The translations under genes and the position numbers were made by a program. 64,000 nucleotides of DNA from Candidatus Avispirillum sp. (GTDB lineage Bacteria > Bacillota > Clostridia > Oscillospirales > CAG-272): positions 112,004-176,003 of the forward strand of contig JAZLKW010000062.1 of assembly GCA_045597805.1 (NCBI GenBank), given 5' to 3'. Positions within the stretch are counted from its first letter, which is position 1. Each line of letters begins with the position of its first letter. Positions 1 through 7,908 of the stretch are shown here, piece after piece. The notes under the pieces are model-generated. The model was given only the letters and a program-made list of their open reading frames with translations. It did no database searches and was not told where the DNA came from.

Positions 1-551
1 TCATGTTCCCCTTCGGCTGGGGCGAGCTCTGGGGCGTTGCTGACCGTACCGATTACGACCTGACTCAGCATCAGAACACCTCCAACAAGGATCTCACATA
101 TTTCGATCCCGAAACCAACGAAAGATACATCCCCTACGTTATCGAGCCCTCTCTGGGTGTTGAGCGTTCATTCCTCGCTTTCCTGGTTGACGCATACGAC
201 GAAGAGATCGTAGATGCCGAGAAGAACGATGTTCGTACCGTTCTCCACCTGCATCCCGCTCTGGCTCCCTTCAAGGCGGCTGTTCTTCCTCTCTCAAAGA
301 AGCTCTCCGAGGGCGCACTTGAAGTATTCAATGACCTTTCAAAATACTTCCATGTTGACTTTGACGAGACCGGCTCCATCGGCAAGCGTTACCGCCGTGA
401 GGACGAGATAGGTACCCCCTACTGCATAACCTACGATTTCGACTCCGTCGAAGACGGATGTGTTACCGTCCGCGACCATGACACAATGGAGCAGGTGAGA
501 CTGCCTATCACTGAGCTGAGAACATATCTTGAGGAGAAAATGGCGTTTTAA
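1..551 (+). CDS. glyQS: Glycine--tRNA ligase (GlyQS type), C-terminal part; 5' end lies outside the window
   Basis: The ORF is open to the window edge in the frame of 3..551. [20 protein letters not shown] and [22 protein letters not shown] are recognised as class II GlyRS core and anticodon-binding regions. TAA stop at 549-551. Confidence 0.85.
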   Translation, partial: MFPFGWGELWGVADRTDYDLTQHQNTSNKDLTYFDPETNERYIPYVIEPSLGVERSFLAFLVDAYDEEIVDAEKNDVRTVLHLHPALAPFKAAVLPLSKKLSEGALEVFNDLSKYFHVDFDETGSIGKRYRREDEIGTPYCITYDFDSVEDGCVTVRDHDTMEQVRLPITELRTYLEEKMAF

Positions 552-583
552 GCGACCGGCGGCATTGACGCCCGGAGGTTATT

Positions 584-1462
584 ATGGAATTTACAATATC
601 TAAAGGCTCTGCCGTAGGAAAAGCTTCATCCCGCGGCGGCGAGCTCGTATCATTCATAAAAGACGGCATCGAGTACGTATGGTACGGTCTGGCGGAGCAT
701 TGGTCGGGGCAGGCACCCTGCCTCTTCCCCGTTGTATGCCGTGCAAAGGACGACAAGATCACCGTAGACGGTATCGACTATCCCATGAAAAAGCACGGTA
801 TCGCCCGCAAGGTCGAGTACACCCCCATCGAGGTGAAGCCCGACAGCATCACCCTGCGTTATACCGAAAACGAGGAAACGCTGAAAAGCTTTCCTTTCAA
901 GTTTTTCCTTGATATCACCCACACAGTCAGAGAAGACGGATTCACCACTCAGTACAAGGTCACGAACTGTGATGAACGTGAAATGCCTTTCTGCGTGGGC
1001 GGTCATCCCGGATTCAACTGTCCTCTGCGCGAGTGCGAGAAGTTTGAGGATTACAGCCTTGTTTTCGACGATGCCGAGGGCGTGACTCTCAAAAACACGG
1101 AGCCCGAGGGCGGTTATATGGACGCATCCATGCCCCAGCTCGGATACATCGAGAATAACGAATTCAAGCTGAATTATCCCGCTTTTGACCTCGACGCCAT
1201 AGTTGCCGACGGCCTGCCCCAAAAAAAGGTGAGCCTTATAAACAGGAACACAGGGCACGGCTTTAAGTTTGAATTTGACTCCTTTGACGCCATAGGTTTC
1301 TGGACTCCCATCAAGGCGGGCTCTCCCTTTATCTGTCTTGAGCCCTGGAACGGTCTGCCCGGTGACGTTAAGGAAACCTCAGTTCTCCGCGACAAGAAAT
1401 ACGCGAGAACGCTCGCTCCCGGCGAAAGCTTCTCGACTGAGTATAAGATCACCGTTATATGA
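584..1462 (+). CDS. Aldose 1-epimerase (mutarotase-like) family protein
   Basis: 292-aa ORF. ATG 584 is preceded by GGAGG (574-578). Mutarotase-type motifs CVGGHPGFNCP and EPWNG are present. Confidence 0.7.
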   Translation: MEFTISKGSAVGKASSRGGELVSFIKDGIEYVWYGLAEHWSGQAPCLFPVVCRAKDDKITVDGIDYPMKKHGIARKVEYTPIEVKPDSITLRYTENEETLKSFPFKFFLDITHTVREDGFTTQYKVTNCDEREMPFCVGGHPGFNCPLRECEKFEDYSLVFDDAEGVTLKNTEPEGGYMDASMPQLGYIENNEFKLNYPAFDLDAIVADGLPQKKVSLINRNTGHGFKFEFDSFDAIGFWTPIKAGSPFICLEPWNGLPGDVKETSVLRDKKYARTLAPGESFSTEYKITVI

Positions 1463-2361
1463 ATCTCTGTTCTCCGAAAACCGTAAAAGAGTTATTGGAT
1501 AAGTACGGTCTGAAGCCTCAGAAGGGCTTCGGGCAGAACTTCCTCATCAATCCGGAGATACCTTACCGCATCGCGGAATCTTCCGCATTCGACAACGACG
1601 GTGTGGGTGCTCTTGAGATCGGGCCCGGCATGGGCGCCATGACAAGAGAGCTCTCAGCCATGTACGAAAAAGTGCTGGCGGTGGAGATCGACCGGGGACT
1701 TATTCCCCTGCTTTCCGAAACTCTTGAGGACTGCGGAAACGTGACGGTCATCAATGAAGATTTCATGAAGCTGTCGCTGCCCGATCTTCTCCGTGAACAT
1801 TTCGGGAAAATGCCCGTAAGGATCTGCGCAAATCTTCCTTATTACATCACGTCCCCCATCATAATGTCCGTGCTGGAGGCTTACCGCCCGTCTGAACGCC
1901 CTCAAGTGCAGTCTGTGACGGTTCTCGTGCAATCAGAGGTGGCGGACAGACTGTGCGCCGAGGCGGGGTCTGACGACTACGGAGCGATCACCGCCGCCGT
2001 TAATCTTTCGGGGCGGGCCTTAAAGCTCTTTACCGTGTCCGCAGGCAATTTTTACCCTGCTCCCAAGGTCACGTCAGCCGTGGTGCGCATCGAGCTTTTT
2101 GAAAACGGTGTGCGCGGCGCGTTCGACGGTCTTCCGAAGGATGACACGGAGCTTGACGAGTTTATCGGCAAGGTAAAAAAAGTGATTTCCGCGGCGTTCC
2201 TGCAGCGGAGAAAGACTCTGACAAACGCGCTCTCTTCCCTTTACCCCAAAGAAAAGATAACCGCAGCCCTCGAGGAGATGGGGCAGCGGTCCGACGTTCG
2301 CGGCGAAAGGCTTTCCGCCGCAGATTATGTTAAGCTCACGGGGCTTCTTTTGAAGAAATGA
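1459..2361 (+). CDS. rsmA: 16S rRNA (adenine1518/1519-N6)-dimethyltransferase
   Basis: GQNFL motif and SAM-binding EIGPGMGAMT. The start overlaps the upstream stop (ATGA). Confidence 0.9.
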   Translation: MNLCSPKTVKELLDKYGLKPQKGFGQNFLINPEIPYRIAESSAFDNDGVGALEIGPGMGAMTRELSAMYEKVLAVEIDRGLIPLLSETLEDCGNVTVINEDFMKLSLPDLLREHFGKMPVRICANLPYYITSPIIMSVLEAYRPSERPQVQSVTVLVQSEVADRLCAEAGSDDYGAITAAVNLSGRALKLFTVSAGNFYPAPKVTSAVVRIELFENGVRGAFDGLPKDDTELDEFIGKVKKVISAAFLQRRKTLTNALSSLYPKEKITAALEEMGQRSDVRGERLSAADYVKLTGLLLKK

Positions 2362-2798
2362 CACACGAAGAAAGAAAAGCATTTGAGATCGAATTCCAGG
2401 AAAAGCGCGTAGTGGCGCGGGACAAGGTAACGGAGTTCAAAAAGAAGATCCGTTTTGTACCGTACATCACGGTGGCTTTCGGTATCGCGTTCTTCATACT
2501 GGGATGGCATTTCGCGAGAGTGTTCTACAAGGCGGGGCATTCATGGCTCTCCCTTGCCTGCATCGCCGCGTTTGTCGTTCTGACCTATGCCGTGTACGTC
2601 ATCGCAGGCGGTATCACCTTACGCAGTGTGCCCGTGTTCCTTAAAAAGCGCGCCCTTGCGAAAAAGTGGCTGTCTGCCGCGGAGGAAATGGAAAAGGTCG
2701 AGGAAAAAGCCCATCTTCAGGTCGCTTACGAAGGCGATATCACCGACGCCGAGCAAAGGCTTCTGAAAGCGTCTGAAGCGGTCATTGAGAAAATGTAA
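2358..2798 (+). CDS. Hypothetical membrane protein (two predicted TM helices)
   Basis: 146-aa ORF translationally coupled to rsmA (ATGA overlap). It has hydrophobic stretches FGIAFFILGW and LACIAAFVVLTYAVYVIAGG. No family recognised. Confidence 0.5.
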   Translation: MTHEERKAFEIEFQEKRVVARDKVTEFKKKIRFVPYITVAFGIAFFILGWHFARVFYKAGHSWLSLACIAAFVVLTYAVYVIAGGITLRSVPVFLKKRALAKKWLSAAEEMEKVEEKAHLQVAYEGDITDAEQRLLKASEAVIEKM

Positions 2799-2810
2799 TA
2801 TTCCATGAAA

Positions 2811-2836
2811 AAAGGACTACTTTGCAGTCCTTTTTC
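2811..2836 (+). terminator. Rho-independent terminator after 2358..2798
   Basis: Hairpin AGGACT-ACTTTGC-AGTCCT followed by a T-run. Confidence 0.65.
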
Positions 2837-2979
2837 ATTTGATTGCGTATTTGTTGCCGTTATTGCGCTTGTTATTGATACAGCATATGTTATTGTCGCA
2901 ACCCGGCTGATACTGAAAACACCTAAAACAATTTGCGGTATATACTTCACCCGAAAAATCTGATAAACTCAAAAGCACA

Positions 2980-3102
2980 GGAGGTAAGTTTGAAAACAAA
3001 ATAAAAACAAATCGGATGTATGCTGTTTTCAAACCCCATTTGTTCCTTTTGCCGCCATAGGGCGGCAAAAGGAACAAATGCAAAGAAAGGATAATCATTA
3101 AT
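2980..3102 (+). promoter_or_regulatory. Conserved structured 5' leader, copy A (P1 hairpin 2988-2998/3024-3034; perfect 20-bp P2 hairpin 3037-3056/3061-3080; SD AAAGGA; ATG 3103)
   Basis: Near-identical blocks recur upstream of the aldolase start at 5395-5540 on the minus strand, in the same orientation relative to the downstream gene. Both copies share a 36-nt invariant core, CAAATCGGATGTATGCTGTTTTCAAACCCCATTTGT. Confidence 0.6.
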
Positions 3103-4419
3103 ATGAATTACGAAAATGCAAAAGACGTTTTGCCCGAAGAGCTTTTGAGAGAATTACAAAAATACGCCGCCGGAAAGCTCATTTACGTCCCCCGTGACGA
3201 CGGGCGGCGCAGATGGGGTGAGGCGAGCGGATACAGAAAAGCTCTCCGTGAGCGTAACCGCAGCATAATACGGGAATTTGCCGACGGCGCCGATGCGGAT
3301 TCCCTTGCTGATATGTATTATCTGACTCCTGAAACAATACGAAAAATCGTATATTCCAAAAAGGAGAAAGAAAAAATGGAGCTTGAAAAAATATTTGAGT
3401 TATACTCGGATAATGAGCCGCTGTCTTATGAGATTTTTGAGGAAGAAGATTATAACGACCCATGGTGGGGCGAAATTTACTTCAAACGTTATACGGTATC
3501 TTTCCCCGAAGGAAAAACCGAAATAAACATTTTTTCTCATTACCCTCTTATGTGTCCGGAAAGAATTGAGCAAATGTCACGGGTAATTGAAGCATACGCA
3601 GGTCTCGGATATGAATGTCCGAAAGTCCTTGAAAACAAGTACGGCAAGCTTTCACGGACTGTTGAATTCAGCGGTCATGAATGTTTGGTTTTTGCAACGG
3701 AATGTGCCTCTTGTGTACCCATTGATTACAGAAAAAGCCAAATCAATACAGATGAGCTGATGATGCTTTCCGCAAAGGTTGCAAATATGCACTTGTCAGG
3801 GACAGTAAACAGTACATGGGCAATTTTTGACAAGAGTACTGCTGTTCTGGACGGGTGCGACGACTGGATAGACGACAATGTTTTCGGTGAATTAAAGGAT
3901 GAGGTCGTCGGAAGATTTCCGGGATTGGCGGATAAATACAGCAAACTGGAAAAAGCATATTCCGAGAATAAAGCAAAAATAAAAAAGGTTTGGGAGTCTC
4001 TTCCCACGTCATTATTCTGTCCGACATTCTATAACGGCAGATATATTGAAGAAAACGGCAAGCTAAAAGGTCTTACCGACTTTTACGACGGCGGCAGAGA
4101 AATTTGTATACATTATTTCATTATCAGCAGTCTGACTTTTATAGGGCTCGACAAGATATTTGCATATAATGATGAGGGTTTTGCCCGTGCTGTGGAAAGG
4201 GTAAAGAAAGATTTGAAAACCATATCATCCGTTTACAAATTCACAAACGAAGAAATCCGGATCGCTCCCGCGATTTTCAAAATCGATTTTCTGGGAATGA
4301 GATTTTACGGAGAGAACGGCGAACTGTGGTACGGCGACGAGAAAACCGTTTCCGAAACGCTTGATTTCATTATCGAAAAGCTATCCGCAGATTATGATTT
4401 TTCGGAGTGCATGAGATAA
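3103..4419 (+). CDS. Fusion protein: N-terminal Mor/CD3324-like helix-turn-helix domain plus C-terminal aminoglycoside-phosphotransferase/kinase-like domain (catalytic loop looks degenerate)
   Basis: 438-aa ORF with an ATG start. The N-terminal ~90 aa (LPEELLRELQKYAAGKLIYVP...YYLTPETIRKIVYSKK) resemble small Mor/CD3324-type DNA-binding proteins as I remember them. The C-terminal region has an APH-like layout ending in LKGLTDFYDGG. Confidence 0.45.
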   Translation: MNYENAKDVLPEELLRELQKYAAGKLIYVPRDDGRRRWGEASGYRKALRERNRSIIREFADGADADSLADMYYLTPETIRKIVYSKKEKEKMELEKIFELYSDNEPLSYEIFEEEDYNDPWWGEIYFKRYTVSFPEGKTEINIFSHYPLMCPERIEQMSRVIEAYAGLGYECPKVLENKYGKLSRTVEFSGHECLVFATECASCVPIDYRKSQINTDELMMLSAKVANMHLSGTVNSTWAIFDKSTAVLDGCDDWIDDNVFGELKDEVVGRFPGLADKYSKLEKAYSENKAKIKKVWESLPTSLFCPTFYNGRYIEENGKLKGLTDFYDGGREICIHYFIISSLTFIGLDKIFAYNDEGFARAVERVKKDLKTISSVYKFTNEEIRIAPAIFKIDFLGMRFYGENGELWYGDEKTVSETLDFIIEKLSADYDFSECMR

Positions 4420-4525
4420 ATAATTTTGAGTTTGGCAAGCTGCGCTCGATAATGCGCCCAAAGGACGCAATTTATGGCGAGCTCCGCTCACCAAACTCAA
4501 ATTTGTACTTCGTCAGCAAGCTGAA

Positions 4526-4554
4526 AGGAGCTGTGAATTACAGCTCCTTTTTTC
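4526..4554. terminator. Terminator between convergent genes 3103..4419 (+) and aldolase (-)
   Basis: Hairpin AGGAGCTGT-GAATT-ACAGCTCCT followed by TTTTTT on the plus strand. Confidence 0.75.
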
Positions 4555-5394
4555 TTACACTTTATTATCAGATCCGCAGAGCTTTATCTTATGGCAGCAA
4601 AGGTCATATACAGCTTGTCTGCCGGGACCCATGAATTTCTTGGGGTCGATGATCTTTTCGTCTGTGAGCGCTTCCCTTACAGCCTTGGTCATAGCCGCAC
4701 GAAGCTCTGTTGCGAAATTCACCTTGCTTATTCCAAGCTCGATGGTTTTTCTTATCATCTCATCGGGTATGCCGCTGCCGCCGTGGAGAACGAGCGGTGC
4801 GTCTATCTTTCCGGCGATGGTGGAAAGGAGGTCGAAATCGAGCTTCGGCTCGCCCTTATAGAAGCCGTGTGCGGTGCCGATCGCAACTGCGAAAATGTCG
4901 ATTCCCGTGCGGGTAAAGAAATCCACAGCCTCGGCGGGATCTGTATACGCTATCGCCGCGGAATGTCCGTCCTCTTTTCCGCCGACAGTACCTAATTCCG
5001 CTTCAACGGTTATTCCCTTTTCGCGAGCCTTTGCGACAACTTTCTTTGTGACCTCGATATTTTCCTCATAAGGAAGCTTTGAGCCGTCGATCATGACGGA
5101 GGTATAGCCCTCGGTGAGTGCGGCTTCCACTCCCTCATAGCTTTCGCAATGGTCAAGGTGAAGTGCCACGGGGACACTCGCTCTTTCCGCTTCTGCCTTT
5201 ACCATGGCGACTGCCTCGTGAAGCGTCAGGTATTTCACGGTGGAGGGGGTCGTCTGTATCATCACGGGAGATTTCATATCCTCTGCCGCTTTGATTATCG
5301 CCTGCACCATTTCAAGGTTTTCGGCATTGAAGGCAGGGACTGCATAATGTCCCTCTTTTGCTTTTTTTATCATTTCAAGGCTTGTTGTGTACAT
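4555..5394 (-). CDS. Class II ketose-bisphosphate aldolase (fructose/tagatose-bisphosphate aldolase family)
   Basis: Motifs AVPAFN, HLDHC and LVLHGGSG. The start is moved to ATG 5394 (MYTTSLEMIKKAKEGHY), which has an AAAGGA SD. The longer tracked ORF (to 5502) reads through the conserved leader. Confidence 0.85.
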   Translation of the reverse strand: MYTTSLEMIKKAKEGHYAVPAFNAENLEMVQAIIKAAEDMKSPVMIQTTPSTVKYLTLHEAVAMVKAEAERASVPVALHLDHCESYEGVEAALTEGYTSVMIDGSKLPYEENIEVTKKVVAKAREKGITVEAELGTVGGKEDGHSAAIAYTDPAEAVDFFTRTGIDIFAVAIGTAHGFYKGEPKLDFDLLSTIAGKIDAPLVLHGGSGIPDEMIRKTIELGISKVNFATELRAAMTKAVREALTDEKIIDPKKFMGPGRQAVYDLCCHKIKLCGSDNKV

Positions 5395-5540
5395 ATTTAT
5401 GTTTATTCCTTTCTTTGCATTTGTGCCGTTTTTTTGCAAGGCAAAAAAATTCAAAGTCGGATTTATGCTTTGAAAGGCACAAATGGGGTTTGAAAACAGC
5501 ATACATCCGATTTGGATTTACTTTGTTTTCAAACTTTACT
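5395..5540 (-). promoter_or_regulatory. Conserved structured 5' leader, copy B (P1 5534-5524/5498-5488; P2 outer stem 5485-5476/5427-5418 enclosing a branched insert)
   Basis: It has the same conserved blocks as 2980-3102. It starts at the kinase stop codon and ends at the aldolase ATG. Confidence 0.6.
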
Positions 5541-6483
5541 CCAGATTATTCTCTTCAATCATTTTTTCCACGTTCTCGCGGGAGATCTTACCCTCCATGG
5601 GGCCGAACGCCGCTGTATTCAGCGATGCCGCCGCGGTAGCGAATTTAGCGGCGTCGAGAAGGCTCTTGCCCTCAAGAAGTCCGCAGAGGAACGCACCGTC
5701 GAAGCTGTCGCCTGCGCCCGTTGCGTCAACGGGAGTTACGGCATAAACGCCGAACTCGATTCTCTCGTCTCGTGTATAAATGACACAGCCCTTTTTACCG
5801 TTTTTCAGAGCGATGATCTCAAGCTGAGGCTTTGTGGCGAACAGTTCTTTTACTGCTTCCTCGATGTCCTCCTTTCCGGAGAGCATTCTGAGTTCGCTCT
5901 TTCCGGGCATGAATACCGCGGTCATATCCATGATCTCATTTACCAGATCCATGGATTCGGGGTCCTTCATAAGCTCGGGGCGGATATTGGGGTCAAAGGA
6001 AACTTTTGCTCCCTTTTCAAAAGCTTTTTTCGCGGTATCAACGATCCTTCTGCCGAATTTCAGTTCGGACATCACGGAGCAGCCCATAATGTGGAAGAAT
6101 TTCAGCCCGTCAAGCTTTTCTTCCGCAGGAGCGGGTGCGAGTACGGCGGGAGTATTCCCGATGTGGAAAATAAACTTTCGGTCGCCGTTTGAATAATACA
6201 TTACAAACGCACAGCCTGTGGAAATGCGGTCGTTCTTAATGATACACGATGTATCAACTCCGTCTTTTTCAAGGCGGTCTGTAAGGCATTTTCCGAAATC
6301 GTCGTCGCCGACACCGCCTACGATAGCCGCTTTATGACCGAGGCGGGCTACGGTATCAATGAAAATCGCGGGTGCGCCGGAAGGATAGGGTCCTTTGAAT
6401 ATTCCGGGTTTATCGAGGGGCATATCAACGTCGCCGCGCATTATCTCGACGATTATCTCGCCCATCGTCATTATTTCGTTCAT
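5536..6483 (-). CDS. PfkB-family sugar (ketohexo)kinase
   Basis: PfkB signature DATGAGDSFDGAF. The start is moved to ATG 6483 (MNEIMTMGEIIVEI), which has a GAAAGGTG SD. The tracked N-terminal extension runs into the upstream repeat. Confidence 0.8.
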   Translation of the reverse strand: MNEIMTMGEIIVEIMRGDVDMPLDKPGIFKGPYPSGAPAIFIDTVARLGHKAAIVGGVGDDDFGKCLTDRLEKDGVDTSCIIKNDRISTGCAFVMYYSNGDRKFIFHIGNTPAVLAPAPAEEKLDGLKFFHIMGCSVMSELKFGRRIVDTAKKAFEKGAKVSFDPNIRPELMKDPESMDLVNEIMDMTAVFMPGKSELRMLSGKEDIEEAVKELFATKPQLEIIALKNGKKGCVIYTRDERIEFGVYAVTPVDATGAGDSFDGAFLCGLLEGKSLLDAAKFATAAASLNTAAFGPMEGKISRENVEKMIEENNLE

Positions 6484-6540
6484 ATTTTTCACCTTTCTGA
6501 TAGCCCTCCCAGGTAAGGGAGGGTGGACCGCTTGCGGTGG

Positions 6541-6962
6541 GTGAGTCGTCATCAGCACAATACTGAATCATATAATGTCCAGCTTGTCCCGAAGATTAAT
6601 ACATACACCGTCAAAATTTCGGTCAATATCTTTGTTGGTATATCTAATTACTGTAATTCCCAATTCATTTAGCTCAATGTCACGTTTTTCATCAGCTTGC
6701 CAATTTTCAAGTTTTCCGTGCTGTGAGCCATCTATCTCTATTACAGTTTTCTTTTCCGGTATATAAAAATCTACTATGTATGTTAAAAGACAATACTGTC
6801 TTTTGACGGAGAAAGGGAGTTCCTTCAAAAAATCGTACCATAAATGTTTTTCCTGCGGAGTCATATTCTTTCGCAGAGTTTGTGCATTATGTTTGTTTTT
6901 TGTATTGTACTGATACATTTTCGCCTCACGAAAGCATAATTGTCGTGCAGATGACGACTCAT
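6541..6962. mobile_element. AT-rich DUF559 endonuclease cassette bounded by 18-bp imperfect inverted repeats (6541-6558 GTGAGTCGTCATCAGCAC; 6945-6962 GTGCAGATGACGACTCAT)
   Basis: The repeats match 16/18 as reverse complements. The interior is visibly more AT-rich than the flanking genes. GC hairpins lie just outside at 6504-6523 and 6982-7001. Confidence 0.4.
6568..6918 (-). CDS. DUF559 (Vsr-like fold) endonuclease-domain protein
   Basis: 117-aa ORF starting at ATG 6918 with a GAGG SD. It has the typical DUF559 layout: LRKNMTPQEKHLWYDFL, YIVDFYIPEKKTVIEIDGSQH and VIRYTNKDI. Confidence 0.75.
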   Translation of the reverse strand: MYQYNTKNKHNAQTLRKNMTPQEKHLWYDFLKELPFSVKRQYCLLTYIVDFYIPEKKTVIEIDGSQHGKLENWQADEKRDIELNELGITVIRYTNKDIDRNFDGVCINLRDKLDII

Positions 6963-7011
6963 CCATAACGGAGTGATTCCCCCTTCCCCCGCCGGGGAAG
7001 GCAATCGGGAA

Positions 7012-7884
7012 TCAGCCTGCAAAAGACTTTCTGAGGAACGCGGTGGCATCAGCCATCATTTCATCCATTTTATCTTCGTCGGCACCATTTGAGAGGTCGC
7101 GCCATACCTTGATATCTGAGCCGACCTTGCCGCCCATCTTCATGAAGGGCTCCATGACTACCATGCCGTCGAACCCGATCTCGCGGAGTGCCTCGCCCAT
7201 CTCATCCCAGGGCAGATGACCCATACCGGGAAGCTTACGGTTGCCCTCGCCCACGTGGACGTGGTAGAGAAGCTTGCCTGCACGGCGGAACGCATCGGGA
7301 AGGTTGTCTTCCTCAATGTTCATGTGGAAGGTATCGAGCAGGAGTCCCACAGACTTTTTATCTACGTCCTCGCAGAACTTCACGCCCTCTTCACAGTCGG
7401 TGAGAAGGCAGGTCTCGAAGCGGTTGAGTATCTCGAGCGCGATCTTCACGCCCAGCTTGTCGGCATAGTCGCCGACCTTTTTCATGGAATCAACGGCTCT
7501 TTCCCACAGTCCCGCTTTGTCTGTGTCGATAAAATCGTAAGGCCAGCAGTTATAGAGCGCGCCTATAAGAATTCTGCAATCAAGCTTTACCATCTGATCC
7601 ATGATATCGCAAAGGAATTTCACGCCTGCGGCGCGCACCTTTTCGTCCTTGGAGGACACGTCCTTATCCTTGGGAGGCCCGAGATTTGCGGATATTTCCA
7701 GTCCCAGCTCCTTTGCCGTGGTACGTAGTTCTTCAAGCTCTGCGTCACTCATGTTGAGCAGGTCTCCCGCGCCCACTTCAAGGACGTCGAGCCCTGCTTT
7801 TTTCGCCTTATGGCACAGCGCACAGTAGTCGCCGCCCCACTCGCCGTTCTTTGCCCAGTATGCGTAAAGTGTTCCGAATTTCAT
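7012..7884 (-). CDS. Ketose 3-epimerase (D-tagatose/D-allulose 3-epimerase family, xylose-isomerase-like TIM barrel)
   Basis: The N-terminus MKFGTLYAYW and the metal-ligand blocks ALEILNRFE, LLDTFH and HVHVGEGNR resemble DTE/DPE enzymes as I remember them. AAAGGA SD present. Confidence 0.7.
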   Translation of the reverse strand: MKFGTLYAYWAKNGEWGGDYCALCHKAKKAGLDVLEVGAGDLLNMSDAELEELRTTAKELGLEISANLGPPKDKDVSSKDEKVRAAGVKFLCDIMDQMVKLDCRILIGALYNCWPYDFIDTDKAGLWERAVDSMKKVGDYADKLGVKIALEILNRFETCLLTDCEEGVKFCEDVDKKSVGLLLDTFHMNIEEDNLPDAFRRAGKLLYHVHVGEGNRKLPGMGHLPWDEMGEALREIGFDGMVVMEPFMKMGGKVGSDIKVWRDLSNGADEDKMDEMMADATAFLRKSFAG

Positions 7885-7908
7885 ATTTTTGATTCCTTTC
7901 AGAATGAA

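Noticed and set aside
5395-5502. N-terminal extensions in the ORF track: aldolase to 5502, kinase to 6558, DUF559 to 6966, YgjP-like to 27588, M29 peptidase to 50330, GT4 to 60998, xylB to 45371, corA to 19319, DUF1836 to 51727, and 13268 and 46813.
   Set aside because: The extensions lack an SD, often use TTG or GTG, and read through repeats or promoters. Internal ATGs with good SD spacing give N-termini typical of the families.
2980-5540. The two leader copies are in inverted orientation and flank a 2.4-kb two-gene segment, which suggested a composite transposon with long terminal inverted repeats.
   Set aside because: No transposase lies inside the segment. Each copy ends precisely at an SD/ATG of the adjacent gene. 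The aldolase belongs functionally to the operon outside the supposed element. I saw no target-site duplication.
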